Assembly: GCA_030265395.1 (NCBI GenBank)
Contig: JARFYF010000029.1
Location: forward strand, 20,144,700 to 20,208,699
Length of the DNA: 64,000 nucleotides
Reading direction: 5' to 3'
From: Rhina ancylostomus
Taxonomy: Eukaryota
The notes under the pieces are model-generated. The model saw only the letters and a list, made by a program, of their open reading frames with translations, had not been told where the DNA came from and ran no database searches. Every line of letters begins with the position of its first letter. Positions within the stretch are counted from its first letter, which is position 1. The position numbers were made by a program, and so were the translations under genes. This document shows, piece after piece, positions 63,706-64,000 of the stretch.

Positions 63706-64000
63706 GTAGGTAGTACCATGGGCAACAACGTAACATTACTGTACGTGGAACTATCGAACAAATGCTTTTTGAACATATTTTTCAAACAGGTGCTGCCAAG
63801 GAGAGTGGGGGGATTCTCCGGACATTCCAGTTTACATTAAGCTGCCAACAACTCTAATAGAGTAATCATTACTATTAGTTAGATGGTTCATCGAGAACAG
63901 CCAACCATTGGTGTACGTCAAAGGGACCATCTTTTGCTGAATGCAACCTGATTTGAGACTGTGCTTCCTATTGGGTGCGAAATCAATTGGCTTTGTTGCA

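Overview
This is eukaryotic, vertebrate DNA from a gapped draft assembly. The repeat families point to a cartilaginous fish, probably a batoid (ray or sawfish-like); that is inference. The window holds seven internal coding exons of synapsin III (SYN3, + strand, C domain through the RPPPQG exon). A complete five-exon TIMP3 gene (- strand, 213 aa, all GT-AG junctions, 12 Cys) is nested antisense in a 46.4-kb SYN3 intron, which is the known Synapsin/Timp arrangement. The introns carry CR1/HER1-type and L2-type LINE fragments, V-SINE/HE1-like SINEs, one probable Tigger-like DNA element, microsatellites and a minisatellite. The most notable non-genic signal is about a dozen short Penelope-like-element (PLE) terminal-repeat copies. 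Most carry a minimal type I hammerhead ribozyme motif or a decayed version of it, one is linked to a PLE reverse-transcriptase fragment, and two end or fold back at the predicted self-cleavage site. Repeat family names come from my recognition of motifs, not from database searches, and repeat boundaries are approximate.
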